Source of the DNA: Methanobacteriota archaeon
Lineage (GTDB): Archaea > Thermoplasmatota > Thermoplasmata > UBA10834
Length of the DNA stretch: 64,000 bases
Reading direction: 5' to 3'
Assembly (NCBI GenBank): GCA_020347565.1
Contig: CP070732.1
Coordinates: forward strand, 514,681 to 578,680
Below, piece after piece: positions 19,543-28,148 of the stretch. Position numbers and translations under genes: made by a program. The notes beneath the pieces are model-generated. The model was not told the DNA's origin. It made no database searches and saw only the letters and a program-made list of their open reading frames with translations. Positions within the stretch are counted from its first letter, which is position 1. Each line of letters opens with the position of its first letter.

Positions 19543-20919
19543 ATGACGAAGGAGTATCACACCATAAGCCAGATAGCAGGGCCGCTCGTCTTCGTCGAGA
19601 GGACGGAGCCCGTCGCCTATGGCGAGCTTGTGAGCATCGCCCTCCCCGACGGATCGACAAAGCGAGGCCAGGTCCTCGACACTTCGGAGGAGATGGTCGT
19701 AGTCCAGGTCTTCGAGGGCACCGGTGGCATAGACAAAGCCTCTGGCGTGAAGTTCCTCGGTGAGACTCTGAAGATGCCGGTGTCGAAGGAGATGCTGGGC
19801 AGGATACTGTCGGGTTCCGGAGACCCCCTTGACAAGGGCCCCCCTATAATCCCCGAGAAGCGGTTGGAGATCATAGGTGCGGCCATCAACCCCTATGCGA
19901 GGGACAATCCGCGCGAGTTCATCGAGACGGGCATATCGTCCATAGACGGAATGAACACGCTCGTCAGAGGACAGAAGCTCCCGATATTCTCCGGTTCCGG
20001 GCTGCCTCACAACGACATCGCTCTCCAGATCGCGCGACAGGCGAAGGTCCTGGGCGAGAAGGAGGAATTCGCCGTCGTGTTCGGAGCCATGGGTATCACC
20101 AGCGAGGAGGCCCAGTACTTCATGAAGGACTTCGAGAGGACTGGCGCTCTCAAGCGCGCGGTCGTGTTCCTCAACCTCGCGGACGATCCTGCGATAGAGC
20201 GGCTGTTGACGCCGAAGCTGGCGCTCACGACGGCTGAGTACCTCGCCTTCGACCTTGGCATGCACGTCCTCGTGATACTCACGGATCTGACCAACTACTG
20301 CGAGGCGCTGAGGCAGATAGGAGCGGCGAGGGAGGAGGTTCCGGCGAGACGAGGATACCCAGGTTACATGTACACCGACCTCGCGAGCCTTTACGAGCGC
20401 GCCGGAAGGATCAAGGCGAAGCGCGGTTCGATCACGCAGTTCCCGATACTGTCGATGCCCGGGGACGACATAACTCATCCGATCCCCGACCTCACCGGCT
20501 ATATCACCGAGGGGCAGATCGTGGCCTCGAGGGAGCTGCACAGGAAAGGCATATATCCACCCGTCGCGGTCGAGCGTTCGTTGTCTCGGCTGATGGGGCA
20601 GGGCATAGGTGAGGGACACACTAGAGAAGACCACCGCGCGGTGTCCGACCAGCTCTATGCCGCCTACGCCGAGGGCAGGGACCTGCGTGGCCTCGTCGCC
20701 ATCGTAGGGAAGGAGGCCCTGTCGGAGCGGGACAGGAAGTTCCTCGACTTCGCCGACGCGTTCGAGGACCGCTTCGTCAGGCAGGACGCGAACGAGGACA
20801 GGACTATCGAGCAGACGCTCAGCCTCTCGTGGGAGCTGCTGTCTGCGCTGCCCGTGGAGTCGTTGACCAAGATCGACCGGAAGCTGATCGAGAAGTATCA
20901 TCCGTCAGGGAAGAAGTGA
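19543..20919 (+). CDS. atpB: A-type ATP synthase subunit B
   Basis: 458 aa; conserved with the V/A-ATPase B regulatory subunit ([17 protein letters not shown]). Confidence 0.95.
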   Translation: MTKEYHTISQIAGPLVFVERTEPVAYGELVSIALPDGSTKRGQVLDTSEEMVVVQVFEGTGGIDKASGVKFLGETLKMPVSKEMLGRILSGSGDPLDKGPPIIPEKRLEIIGAAINPYARDNPREFIETGISSIDGMNTLVRGQKLPIFSGSGLPHNDIALQIARQAKVLGEKEEFAVVFGAMGITSEEAQYFMKDFERTGALKRAVVFLNLADDPAIERLLTPKLALTTAEYLAFDLGMHVLVILTDLTNYCEALRQIGAAREEVPARRGYPGYMYTDLASLYERAGRIKAKRGSITQFPILSMPGDDITHPIPDLTGYITEGQIVASRELHRKGIYPPVAVERSLSRLMGQGIGEGHTREDHRAVSDQLYAAYAEGRDLRGLVAIVGKEALSERDRKFLDFADAFEDRFVRQDANEDRTIEQTLSLSWELLSALPVESLTKIDRKLIEKYHPSGKK

Positions 20920-20925
20920 AGTCCG

Positions 20926-21567
20926 ATGCCGGTAAGAGAGGTCCAGCCAACCAGGTCAGAGCTGCTCGAGGTCACGAAGAAAATCAGGCTCACCAGAAAC
21001 GGGCATAAGATCCTGAAGCTCAAGCGCGACGGCTTGATACTCGAGTTCTTCGAAATACTGGACAAGGCGAAGGACCTCAGGCTCGAGATCGCCAAGCAGT
21101 ATCGGGACGCTAGCGAGAAGATCGCGGTGGCGAACGCCGTCGACGGCGTAATTGCCGTGCGATCCGCCGCATATGCGCTGACGATACACCCTGAGATACA
21201 GCTGAAGACGAAGAATCTGATGGGCGTGGTCGTCCCCGAGATATCGTCGTCGCGGATAATCGCCCCCCTCGACGAGCGCGGCTACGGCGTCATCGGCACC
21301 TCGCCTAGAATCGATGAGGCGGCGGATGCTTACGAACGGCTGGTCGAGACGGTCGTCAAGGCAGCGGAGCTTGAGACTACCATGAAGAAGCTCCTGGACG
21401 AGATCGAGAGGACGAAGAGAAGGGTCAACGCCCTCGAGTTCAAGGTTCTCCCCGAGTTCGAGGAGATCGAGCGCTTCATAAGGTTCAGGCTCGAGGAGAT
21501 GGAGCGCGACAACATCTTCCGACTCAAGAAGATAAAGAAGAAGACGGCCGCGAAGGCAGAGGCGTGA
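20926..21567 (+). CDS. atpD: A-type ATP synthase subunit D
   Basis: 213-aa coiled-coil central stalk protein; operon position. Confidence 0.9.
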   Translation: MPVREVQPTRSELLEVTKKIRLTRNGHKILKLKRDGLILEFFEILDKAKDLRLEIAKQYRDASEKIAVANAVDGVIAVRSAAYALTIHPEIQLKTKNLMGVVVPEISSSRIIAPLDERGYGVIGTSPRIDEAADAYERLVETVVKAAELETTMKKLLDEIERTKRRVNALEFKVLPEFEEIERFIRFRLEEMERDNIFRLKKIKKKTAAKAEA

Positions 21568-21607
21568 GGGCTTGACGCTCGAAGAGGCTTTGAGGGATCG
21601 GAGGAAG

Positions 21608-21697
21608 ATGCTGCTCCTCTTCAGGGTGGGCTTCTGGTCCAGCATGGTCCTGATAGCGATCGGGTGCTACTACATAGTCATGGACCTGATCGGCTAG
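21608..21697 (+). CDS. Candidate small membrane peptide (29 aa; MLLLFRVGFWSSMVLIAIGCYYIVMDLIG)
   Basis: Short ORF immediately after atpD, with one predicted TM helix. Too short for the ORF track. Confidence 0.25.
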   Translation: MLLLFRVGFWSSMVLIAIGCYYIVMDLIG

Positions 21698-21699
21698 TA

Positions 21700-23169
21700 T
21701 CATCCGGAGAAATCCTCGACCCAGCATTCGCCGGTACCCAGGTGCACCATCGGCACCTTGGCCGGGTCGGGCGTCTGGTTGTGCATGCGCTGGAAGGCTG
21801 TCTGGGACTGCCATGCGGAGGCGTTTATCAGCTTGATGCCTCTGTACTCATCGAGTTCGCAGACATGGACATGCCCCGTCACGAAGATGTCAGGGACGGT
21901 GTCGATCACAAGATAGTCCTTCTGCTCGGGTGCGATCGGCGTCTTGCCCCCGTAGACGGGCGCGAGATGTCTCCTCTTAAGCATCTCCTTCATGGCCTCC
22001 TGCGGGTTTGTGTAGTTCAAGCGTCTCACGCCCGAGTTGAAGTCGTCCATGCTCTTTCCGTGGTACGCCAGTATCACCCGTCCTTCGATCTCCAGATAGC
22101 AGGGGTTGCCCACGAACTCGATGTTCGAGTCGAACATCTCCCTTATGTCGTTTGGGAGCGCTGGCTGAGGTTCTGCGAGCCTCACGGCGTCGTGGTTCCC
22201 CGGCATCGCGACGATACTGATCCGGTCCGGGAGCTCCTTCACCGCCTCCGAGAGGGCCAGGTACTGTCCGTACAGGTCATCCAGCCTGAGCTCTTCCTCC
22301 TGGCCAGGGTACACCCCTATTCCGTCGACGAGGTCTCCTGGCATCACTACGTATCTGATATCCTTCGCGACGGGATCCCTGCCGAGCCAGTCGACGAGTC
22401 TCTTCCACGCCTTGTCCAGGAAGGTGTTGCTGCCGAGGTGGATGTCCGAGACGAACGCGACAATCGACTCGGAGCCGTTCGGGGCCATGCCGCTGCTGAG
22501 GGGCACGTCTGGTCGAATCACGTCCTTCGCGACGACCAGCTCTCCGTCTCTGTTGAATGACCCGACCACTCCGAGGATTTCATCCTTAAGGAAGGCTTCG
22601 TTCATCCTCGCCGAACCCTTCATGACCAGCACCATTATCTTGTCCGTCTCGTCCTCCATCTCGATGATCGTGTGTCCGTTCTTCGTGGTATGGGAGTCGT
22701 TCACTATTCCGACGAACCGCAGGTCCCTCTCCAGCTTCTTGACCCGTGCGATCGGCAACTGGCCCGCCAGTTCCCTCCTCTTAGAGAGCATCTTCCTCAG
22801 TGTCAAGTACCTGTCCTTGAATAGCTTGGCGAAATCAATCACGTTGCCAACACAGGTGGAGTTGCCAGTTATGTCCTTGATGACTTTCACCGTGCCGGGC
22901 TTCAACCGTCCCGCTCCTTGCTCGGCAGCCTTATCTGCCGCGCCCTCGACGCCTGGCAAGACATCATCGGCTCCACGGATGATGTCGTCGTCGCGGCGTG
23001 CGTACCCCACTATGTCTTCCTCCGTCAGTATGAGAGCTCTGTTCCCAGGGTCTTCGACCATTCGGTCGACGCACTCGTCGGCGTCCGGGAGCCTCATCAG
23101 GGCGTCGATTGCCTTCGGTTCGAGCAGTATGCCGACTTCTCCGAGCCTGCCCAGAATCCGCTTTTTCAT
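21700..23169 (-). CDS. polB: DNA polymerase II (PolD) small subunit DP1
   Basis: N-terminal OB region plus a calcineurin-like phosphoesterase domain (VSDIHLGS, MPGNHD, GHVH motifs); 489 aa. Confidence 0.9.
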   Translation of the reverse strand: MKKRILGRLGEVGILLEPKAIDALMRLPDADECVDRMVEDPGNRALILTEEDIVGYARRDDDIIRGADDVLPGVEGAADKAAEQGAGRLKPGTVKVIKDITGNSTCVGNVIDFAKLFKDRYLTLRKMLSKRRELAGQLPIARVKKLERDLRFVGIVNDSHTTKNGHTIIEMEDETDKIMVLVMKGSARMNEAFLKDEILGVVGSFNRDGELVVAKDVIRPDVPLSSGMAPNGSESIVAFVSDIHLGSNTFLDKAWKRLVDWLGRDPVAKDIRYVVMPGDLVDGIGVYPGQEEELRLDDLYGQYLALSEAVKELPDRISIVAMPGNHDAVRLAEPQPALPNDIREMFDSNIEFVGNPCYLEIEGRVILAYHGKSMDDFNSGVRRLNYTNPQEAMKEMLKRRHLAPVYGGKTPIAPEQKDYLVIDTVPDIFVTGHVHVCELDEYRGIKLINASAWQSQTAFQRMHNQTPDPAKVPMVHLGTGECWVEDFSG

Positions 23170-23259
23170 GTCCTCCGAACCTAGCGCCGCCCTGCTTAAA
23201 AACCTATCCCAACCGTCATCGCAGGGGCGTACTGGGCCAAGGTCATCGGCACAGCAGTG

Positions 23260-23267
23260 TTAAATAT
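23260..23267 (+). promoter_or_regulatory. TATA box (ttaaatat)
   Basis: Centred about 26 bp upstream of the GTG at 23289, implying a leaderless mRNA. Confidence 0.4.
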
Positions 23268-23288
23268 CCCCCGTCTCATGGACGGCGC

Positions 23289-23669
23289 GTGTGTGAGGTC
23301 CATCTATCAGCCAGATGCCATCCGACCGAGGATCGCGAGAGAGTGGCCGGCGCCCTGAAGGCTTTCTTCCCAGACGCGATCGTCGAGGGGGACGATGTTC
23401 TCTACGCACAGTCTCGGAGCGTAGAGGCGTTCGCGGAGCAGCTTGCGAAGCAGAGAATCAGAGCGGCAGCCCGGAAGATGCTCCTGAGGAACGTCGTGGG
23501 AGACGAGGTACACTTCAGGCTGAGCAAACAGGTCGCCACGACCGGCAAGATATCGCTGTCGGAGGAGGACCATGCGCTCGGAGACATCGAAGTTACGATA
23601 CGGTCCGCGGATATCGAGGCTGTGGTAGACCGGATCGCCCCGCGCCCGCGTCAGGGGGATGCTGCATGA
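23289..23669 (+). CDS. UPF0201-like small RNA-binding-fold protein
   Basis: The C-terminal 126 aa of the six-frame ORF (HPTEDRERV...GDEVHFRLSKQ...) resemble archaeal UPF0201 proteins. The upstream part of that ORF overlaps DP1 and looks non-coding. Confidence 0.45.
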   Translation: MCEVHLSARCHPTEDRERVAGALKAFFPDAIVEGDDVLYAQSRSVEAFAEQLAKQRIRAAARKMLLRNVVGDEVHFRLSKQVATTGKISLSEEDHALGDIEVTIRSADIEAVVDRIAPRPRQGDAA

Positions 23670-24427
23670 TCGGTGTCGCCTCCCCGTCCTTCTGCTTCGT
23701 TCCGTTCCCGGAGATGGTCGGAGAGGTTGCAGAGCGGTTCGACTTGTGGGAGATACTGGTCGAGGGCAGACATTCGTTCGAGACCTGCTACGATGAGATA
23801 TCGGACGCGGTCGCCTCACACGACATCGAGTTCCAGGCGCACGCGCCAATGACGGATGTGAATCTCGGGAGCATGTACGAGCCAATGAGACGCGCGTCCG
23901 TCGCCGAAGTGCGGAATACGATAGAGGCGTGCGGCAGGTTGGGCATCTCCCTTGTGACAGTCCATCCGGGATTCGTCCAGGGGATCGCCTTCCTGAGAAA
24001 GAGTGTAATTTGCGAGCAGACGAGACGCTCGCTCGTCGAACTCGCTTGCGTCGCCGAGGACAACGGCGTTGTTCTGGCGGTCGAGAACATGCCGACTGGC
24101 ATCAACGCGACATGCACGAGCGCGGAGGAGTTGCTTGAGGCGGTGAAAGGCACTTCGCTGGGATTGTGCTTCGACATGGGCCATGCAAACACCGCAGGTC
24201 AAATCGACGAGATGTTGGAGCACGTAGCGCTTTTCAGGAACGTGCATCTACACAACAACGATGGAACCTGGGACCAGCACAATGCGATTGATGAAGGAAC
24301 CGCGGACCTCCCGGCAGCGGTGGCGCGAATCCGGCATGGGGGATATGCGGGCAGCTACGTGATCGAAGCCACGGACCTCGACAGTGCCGTCGGGAGCAAG
24401 CAGATGTTGGAAAGGCTACTTGTATGA
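23666..24427 (+). CDS. Sugar-phosphate isomerase/epimerase (xylose-isomerase-like TIM barrel)
   Basis: ATGA overlap with the upstream gene. VHPGF, LAVENMP and CFDMGHAN motifs of AP endonuclease 2 / TIM-barrel isomerases. Confidence 0.7.
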   Translation: MIGVASPSFCFVPFPEMVGEVAERFDLWEILVEGRHSFETCYDEISDAVASHDIEFQAHAPMTDVNLGSMYEPMRRASVAEVRNTIEACGRLGISLVTVHPGFVQGIAFLRKSVICEQTRRSLVELACVAEDNGVVLAVENMPTGINATCTSAEELLEAVKGTSLGLCFDMGHANTAGQIDEMLEHVALFRNVHLHNNDGTWDQHNAIDEGTADLPAAVARIRHGGYAGSYVIEATDLDSAVGSKQMLERLLV

Positions 24428-25807
24428 CCTGCCACAGCCAAGGCAGACGAGCCCTCTCTCGCCGTCCAGTCTGGCACTCGTAGAACCGCAGAAGGAACAG
24501 ACGAAGAACCCTGCAGCCGAGGTGCGACGCGTCCGCTCTTCCTCATGGGACTGTTGAGGCGAGTGCTCCGGGATCTGGCCGAGGGAGTCGCTCCTCGTGT
24601 AGCCCCCAAGGCTCACCACGGCAGGCGGCATCGCAGCGGCCGTCACGGCGACTTGCGTCGGCTTCTCACCTTCGAAGAACAGACGCCCGGATAGGAACTC
24701 TGCTATCCGGATGGAGAAGTATATCGTGAAGAAGAAGCCGAGACCGACCCAGAGGAGGATGCCGATGGCCACGATCATCTGGACGGCGAATGAAGCATCG
24801 AACACGACCAACGGCGTCGACAGATAGTCGAAGGAGAAGTGCAGCATCACGGCGGCTGGGAGGCCGTGCTTCAGGAACATGTACCCGAACGCCACCCCGG
24901 CTATGGACGCTGGGAAGATTTTCCAGAGGCCCCAGGCCTCGAAATGGGCGAAGCCGAATACCAAGGAGGAGATGATGACGAGCGCGGTCTCCCCCCACAT
25001 TATCTTGATCCCTCCTCCAAACACGTACTTGTGTGGCTTCCTAGCCTCCATGCCCCGCGCTTGGTCGACGACTATCAGAGGCAGCCCCAAGAGCAGGACT
25101 CTGACGATCAGCTCCTCCCAGACCGATGCATTGGCTAGAAGGAACAACAGCTCCCAGTCCGCCATGCTCTCGGTCGGAGCCACGGGCTCGTCGCCCATCG
25201 CCATCAGGAGCAAGACGATGACCGTGTTGATGAACAGCACGGCGAACATCAGGGCACACATATCGAAGAACGGGCTGTGATCTCTTGGCGTCCCCCGCAT
25301 GGTGATTTCGTTCAGGAATTTCCTCGCGCTCTTCAGGACGAGCCATCCGGCAGACGCGAGAATGGCACACACGAGGAAGATGTACCACGCCTCGAGCGCC
25401 GCGCCGGAGATTGTCACTATTGGAATGAGAGCGACGAGCGCGATATGGAGTGAGTAGGAATGGTTTCCGATCTCTGGCGCGACGATGTCGACGCCTATTA
25501 TGAGCACACCCAGGCATACCGCGAGATATGCCGCGAAGGTGAGCATGAATGCTGCGGAGGCGGCCCTACCGAACCTGCGCCAAGGAAGTGTCGACCGACG
25601 TACACGTTGGTAGTACTGCATTCTCAGCAGATGTGAGGGCGGCGGCGCTGTTGACGGGCCGAATCGGCCGTCCGGCTGGCTCGAAAGGGACGGTTTGAGG
25701 GCGCCGCACGAAGGACAGTAGGTCCCCATACCGGGAATGATTGCACCGCAGCGCATGCACATTTCATCTCGCGGGGATCTTCCAGTTGAAGGGGTGTTTG
25801 TGGACAC
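24416..25807 (-). CDS. CPBP-family intramembrane metalloprotease (CAAX protease / Abi-like) flanked by N- and C-terminal zinc ribbons
   Basis: EELIVR and FGFAHF...H motifs inside a multi-TM core. N-terminal CMRCG...CPSCG and C-terminal CSFCG...CLGCG ribbons. A minus-strand TATA at 25831-25840 sits about 26 bp from the ATG at 25807. Confidence 0.7.
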   Translation of the reverse strand: MSTNTPSTGRSPRDEMCMRCGAIIPGMGTYCPSCGALKPSLSSQPDGRFGPSTAPPPSHLLRMQYYQRVRRSTLPWRRFGRAASAAFMLTFAAYLAVCLGVLIIGVDIVAPEIGNHSYSLHIALVALIPIVTISGAALEAWYIFLVCAILASAGWLVLKSARKFLNEITMRGTPRDHSPFFDMCALMFAVLFINTVIVLLLMAMGDEPVAPTESMADWELLFLLANASVWEELIVRVLLLGLPLIVVDQARGMEARKPHKYVFGGGIKIMWGETALVIISSLVFGFAHFEAWGLWKIFPASIAGVAFGYMFLKHGLPAAVMLHFSFDYLSTPLVVFDASFAVQMIVAIGILLWVGLGFFFTIYFSIRIAEFLSGRLFFEGEKPTQVAVTAAAMPPAVVSLGGYTRSDSLGQIPEHSPQQSHEEERTRRTSAAGFFVCSFCGSTSARLDGERGLVCLGCGRSYK

Positions 25808-26063
25808 AAACCGAGATTACGGCCCTGAGCGTATATTACGGTATTCCCCGTTGCATTGCGGCTTGACCTGGGCCGAAGGGCCGCGGCACCATAGGGCCGT
25901 CATCTGATCCGAAGACGAGCGGCTGCGGCGAGTATTCTATCAGTTTCGATAACGGGTGCTCGACATGTGCGCTCATGCGATTGCCGCAGAGAACTAGTTC
26001 ACCGCCGCGACACGCGGTTAAACGGCGTGAAGTGCTGGATTTCGCAGAATCCGCCGCCGCAAG

Positions 26064-26073
26064 AATATATATT
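26064..26073 (+). promoter_or_regulatory. TATA box (aatatatatt)
   Basis: AT-rich box about 25-30 bp upstream of ATG candidates at 26099 and 26117. Confidence 0.4.
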
Positions 26074-26116
26074 GCATCAAATTATTCACGATGACCTAAT
26101 GAACGGAGGCGGCCAA

Positions 26117-26365
26117 ATGGACGAACAGCAGAACACTAAGGTGCGATTCGAGACGCTTAACGCCGAAAAGATACCCTTTGGAAAGAACAACTTCTTGGAG
26201 GTCGCCAGGAAGAAGGCAATAACGGACGAGGGCGTTAGTGAGTTCATATCGGTATCTAGGGGATACTATCTGCCGGACGGGAGCGAGAAGTACAAGAAGT
26301 CGATAACCATCCCTGACGATCCGGACATAAAGACCTTCATCACGGACAAGATCACAAAGCTGTAA
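26117..26365 (+). CDS. Small low-GC protein (82 aa) with weak similarity to chromosomal protein MC1 (uncertain)
   Basis: GGAGG lies 8 nt upstream of the ATG at 26117. The gene is visibly AT-richer than its neighbours. The FGKNNFLEVARKKAITDEG stretch is reminiscent of the MC1 FTGKQPRQAALKAANRG motif, but the protein is not strongly basic. Confidence 0.5.
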   Translation: MDEQQNTKVRFETLNAEKIPFGKNNFLEVARKKAITDEGVSEFISVSRGYYLPDGSEKYKKSITIPDDPDIKTFITDKITKL

Positions 26366-26412
26366 GTCTGTGCCGACGGACCGCCGCGGGCAGTTGTTCC
26401 GTCGCTGTCCTC

Positions 26413-26934
26413 TTACTGTGCCTTCAGAATCAGTTCTAGATAAGTATCCTTCACTTTCTCTACAAGCCGTAGCTCCTTCTCGGCCCTGTGAATCAGCAGC
26501 TTCGCCCTCGAAGGATCCTCAGTCATAAGCTCGATTTCCACGAATTGTCCGAGTCCTTCGATGTCGTCGATGTCCACTCTCAGCAGATCGAGGGCGAAGG
26601 ATACGCGCCTCTTCTTCACACAGACGATGTCTACGAACCCCAACCTTTTCAGGACTCTGTCCATTGTCAACCAATCGTCGATTCTGAGCGTGAGCTCCTC
26701 TCTAGCCTTTGCGCTGGAGCCAGTCATTCGCGGTCCTTTATAGGTCTGTTCAGAGCCGTCGTCTCGCTTCCGCAGCCTCAACGCCTCGTCAGTCTCCTTG
26801 AACCGCCTGCCGGGATGCGCGTAGTAGGTGTCCTCAATGATCTCATCGCATAGCTTTCTGGCGCCGAGCCTGCCAAGGGTCGTGACAATGCCGTCGTTGC
26901 CTGGCGACCTGTACTTCATCTCGACCTCGAGCAC
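26413..26934 (-). CDS. CYTH-domain protein (class IV adenylate cyclase / triphosphate tunnel metalloenzyme)
   Basis: MLEVEMKYR opening with the ExExK motif and an acidic/basic tunnel pattern, 173 aa. Confidence 0.7.
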   Translation of the reverse strand: MLEVEMKYRSPGNDGIVTTLGRLGARKLCDEIIEDTYYAHPGRRFKETDEALRLRKRDDGSEQTYKGPRMTGSSAKAREELTLRIDDWLTMDRVLKRLGFVDIVCVKKRRVSFALDLLRVDIDDIEGLGQFVEIELMTEDPSRAKLLIHRAEKELRLVEKVKDTYLELILKAQ

Positions 26935-27000
26935 GGAACGCCCGTAGCATCTTCCCGTTGATTAAGCTAGCTGGTGTACGAACCCGTCAGCCCTGTACCA

Positions 27001-27012
27001 AAAGGTATAAGT
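27001..27012 (+). promoter_or_regulatory. BRE/TATA-like promoter motif aaaggtataagt
   Basis: The same 13-mer context (aaaaggtataagt) recurs at 55562-55574 upstream of another gene. Confidence 0.35.
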
Positions 27013-27055
27013 CTCGACTTGAAGATTGACGACAACCCAGTTGGCAGGTGGTCTT

Positions 27056-27464
27056 CATGGAGCAACCGGAAAGGGCGATCAAGCTCAGGAAGGACGAACT
27101 CGTCGAGATAAAGAGGCTCTACGAGACCGTTATGACTTTCGCATCTCACGGGATGTTCTACAGGAGCGGCAGGGTCATCGGCGCGAGGATAATCAGGACG
27201 GCCGGCTCCGACTTCACGAAGGTACGCGATGCCCTGATCCGCGAAGGGTGGGTTACGGACATCGAGTTCGACGGCGACGTCGTCACAGCTACGGGCTCGG
27301 TTGAAGCATCCTCCTCGGACGCGCCGAGCTGTCACTTCCTGCGCGGTATACTGGCCAAGGTGTTCGAGGAGCGAACCGGGAAGGACGTCTACTGTCACGA
27401 GCGGAAATGCCTGTCTAAGGGGGACGAGAAATGCGAGTTCGTCATAGACACGGAGGTGTTGTGA
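27056..27464 (+). CDS. V4R-domain protein (predicted small-molecule or hydrocarbon-binding)
   Basis: Conserved Cys pattern CHFLRG...CHERKCLSKGDEKCEF of the 4-vinyl-reductase domain. An alternative GTG start at 27048 is possible. Confidence 0.7.
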
Positions 27465-27465
27465 G

Positions 27466-28140
27466 ATGACCAGGAAGAGCACAGGCGTCCCCGGCCTCGA
27501 CAGCATGCTCCAGAACGGCTTTCCGTTCCCCTCGTCGATCCTGGTGGCGGGCGAGCCCGGCACTGGCAAGACGACGTTCGCCGTCCAGAGTCTGTTTCAC
27601 GGCGCGATAGATGGAGAGAAAGGGTTGTACATAACCGCCATATCCGAGCCTCAGTGGCTGGTTCAGAAGTTCCTGTCCTCATTCTCTTTCTACGATCAGC
27701 AGCACGTCGAGAAGGGCATGGTCAACTTCATCGACCTCGGCCCGAGCATCGCGAAGAACCCGGGCGACATGCTGGATATCATCAAGAAGAAGATTGAGCA
27801 GTTCGAGCCGGAGAGGATTGCCATAGATCCGATCACTCCGATGACCGACCTTCTGCAATGGCGAGGCGAGACAAGGGAGTTCATGCACGAGTTGTTCGCG
27901 TACCTGAAGGCGTTCAACAGCTTGGTGATTATAACCGCAGAGATGTCCTATGATGACATATCACACAGCCAAGAGTCATACATGGTCGACGGCGTGATAG
28001 TGCTTTCCTATCCTGAGGAGGAGAAGGTCAGGCGCAAGTTCCTCGAAGTACTCAAGATGAGAGGTACGAAGCACACGACGGGCCGGCAGCTGATCGACAT
28101 CACGGACGAGGGGCTGGCCGTCCAGGCCGGGCTGAGGTAA
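27466..28140 (+). CDS. KaiC-like / RecA-superfamily ATPase, single domain
   Basis: GVPGLDSML...VAGEPGTGKTTFAVQ Walker A, Walker B VIITAE; 224 aa. Confidence 0.8.
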   Translation: MTRKSTGVPGLDSMLQNGFPFPSSILVAGEPGTGKTTFAVQSLFHGAIDGEKGLYITAISEPQWLVQKFLSSFSFYDQQHVEKGMVNFIDLGPSIAKNPGDMLDIIKKKIEQFEPERIAIDPITPMTDLLQWRGETREFMHELFAYLKAFNSLVIITAEMSYDDISHSQESYMVDGVIVLSYPEEEKVRRKFLEVLKMRGTKHTTGRQLIDITDEGLAVQAGLR

Positions 28141-28148
28141 GACATTGT

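Noticed and set aside
23109-23288. Upstream part of ORF 23109-23669
   Set aside because: It overlaps the DP1 gene on the other strand and is low-complexity. A TATA box and GTG at 23289 give a leaderless start consistent with the conserved portion.
25967-26116. N-terminal part of ORF 25967-26365 (MRSCDCRRELVHRR...)
   Set aside because: Cys/Arg-rich sequence, with no RBS or TATA in front. The TATA box (26064-26073) lies inside it, so the real start is downstream at 26099 or 26117.
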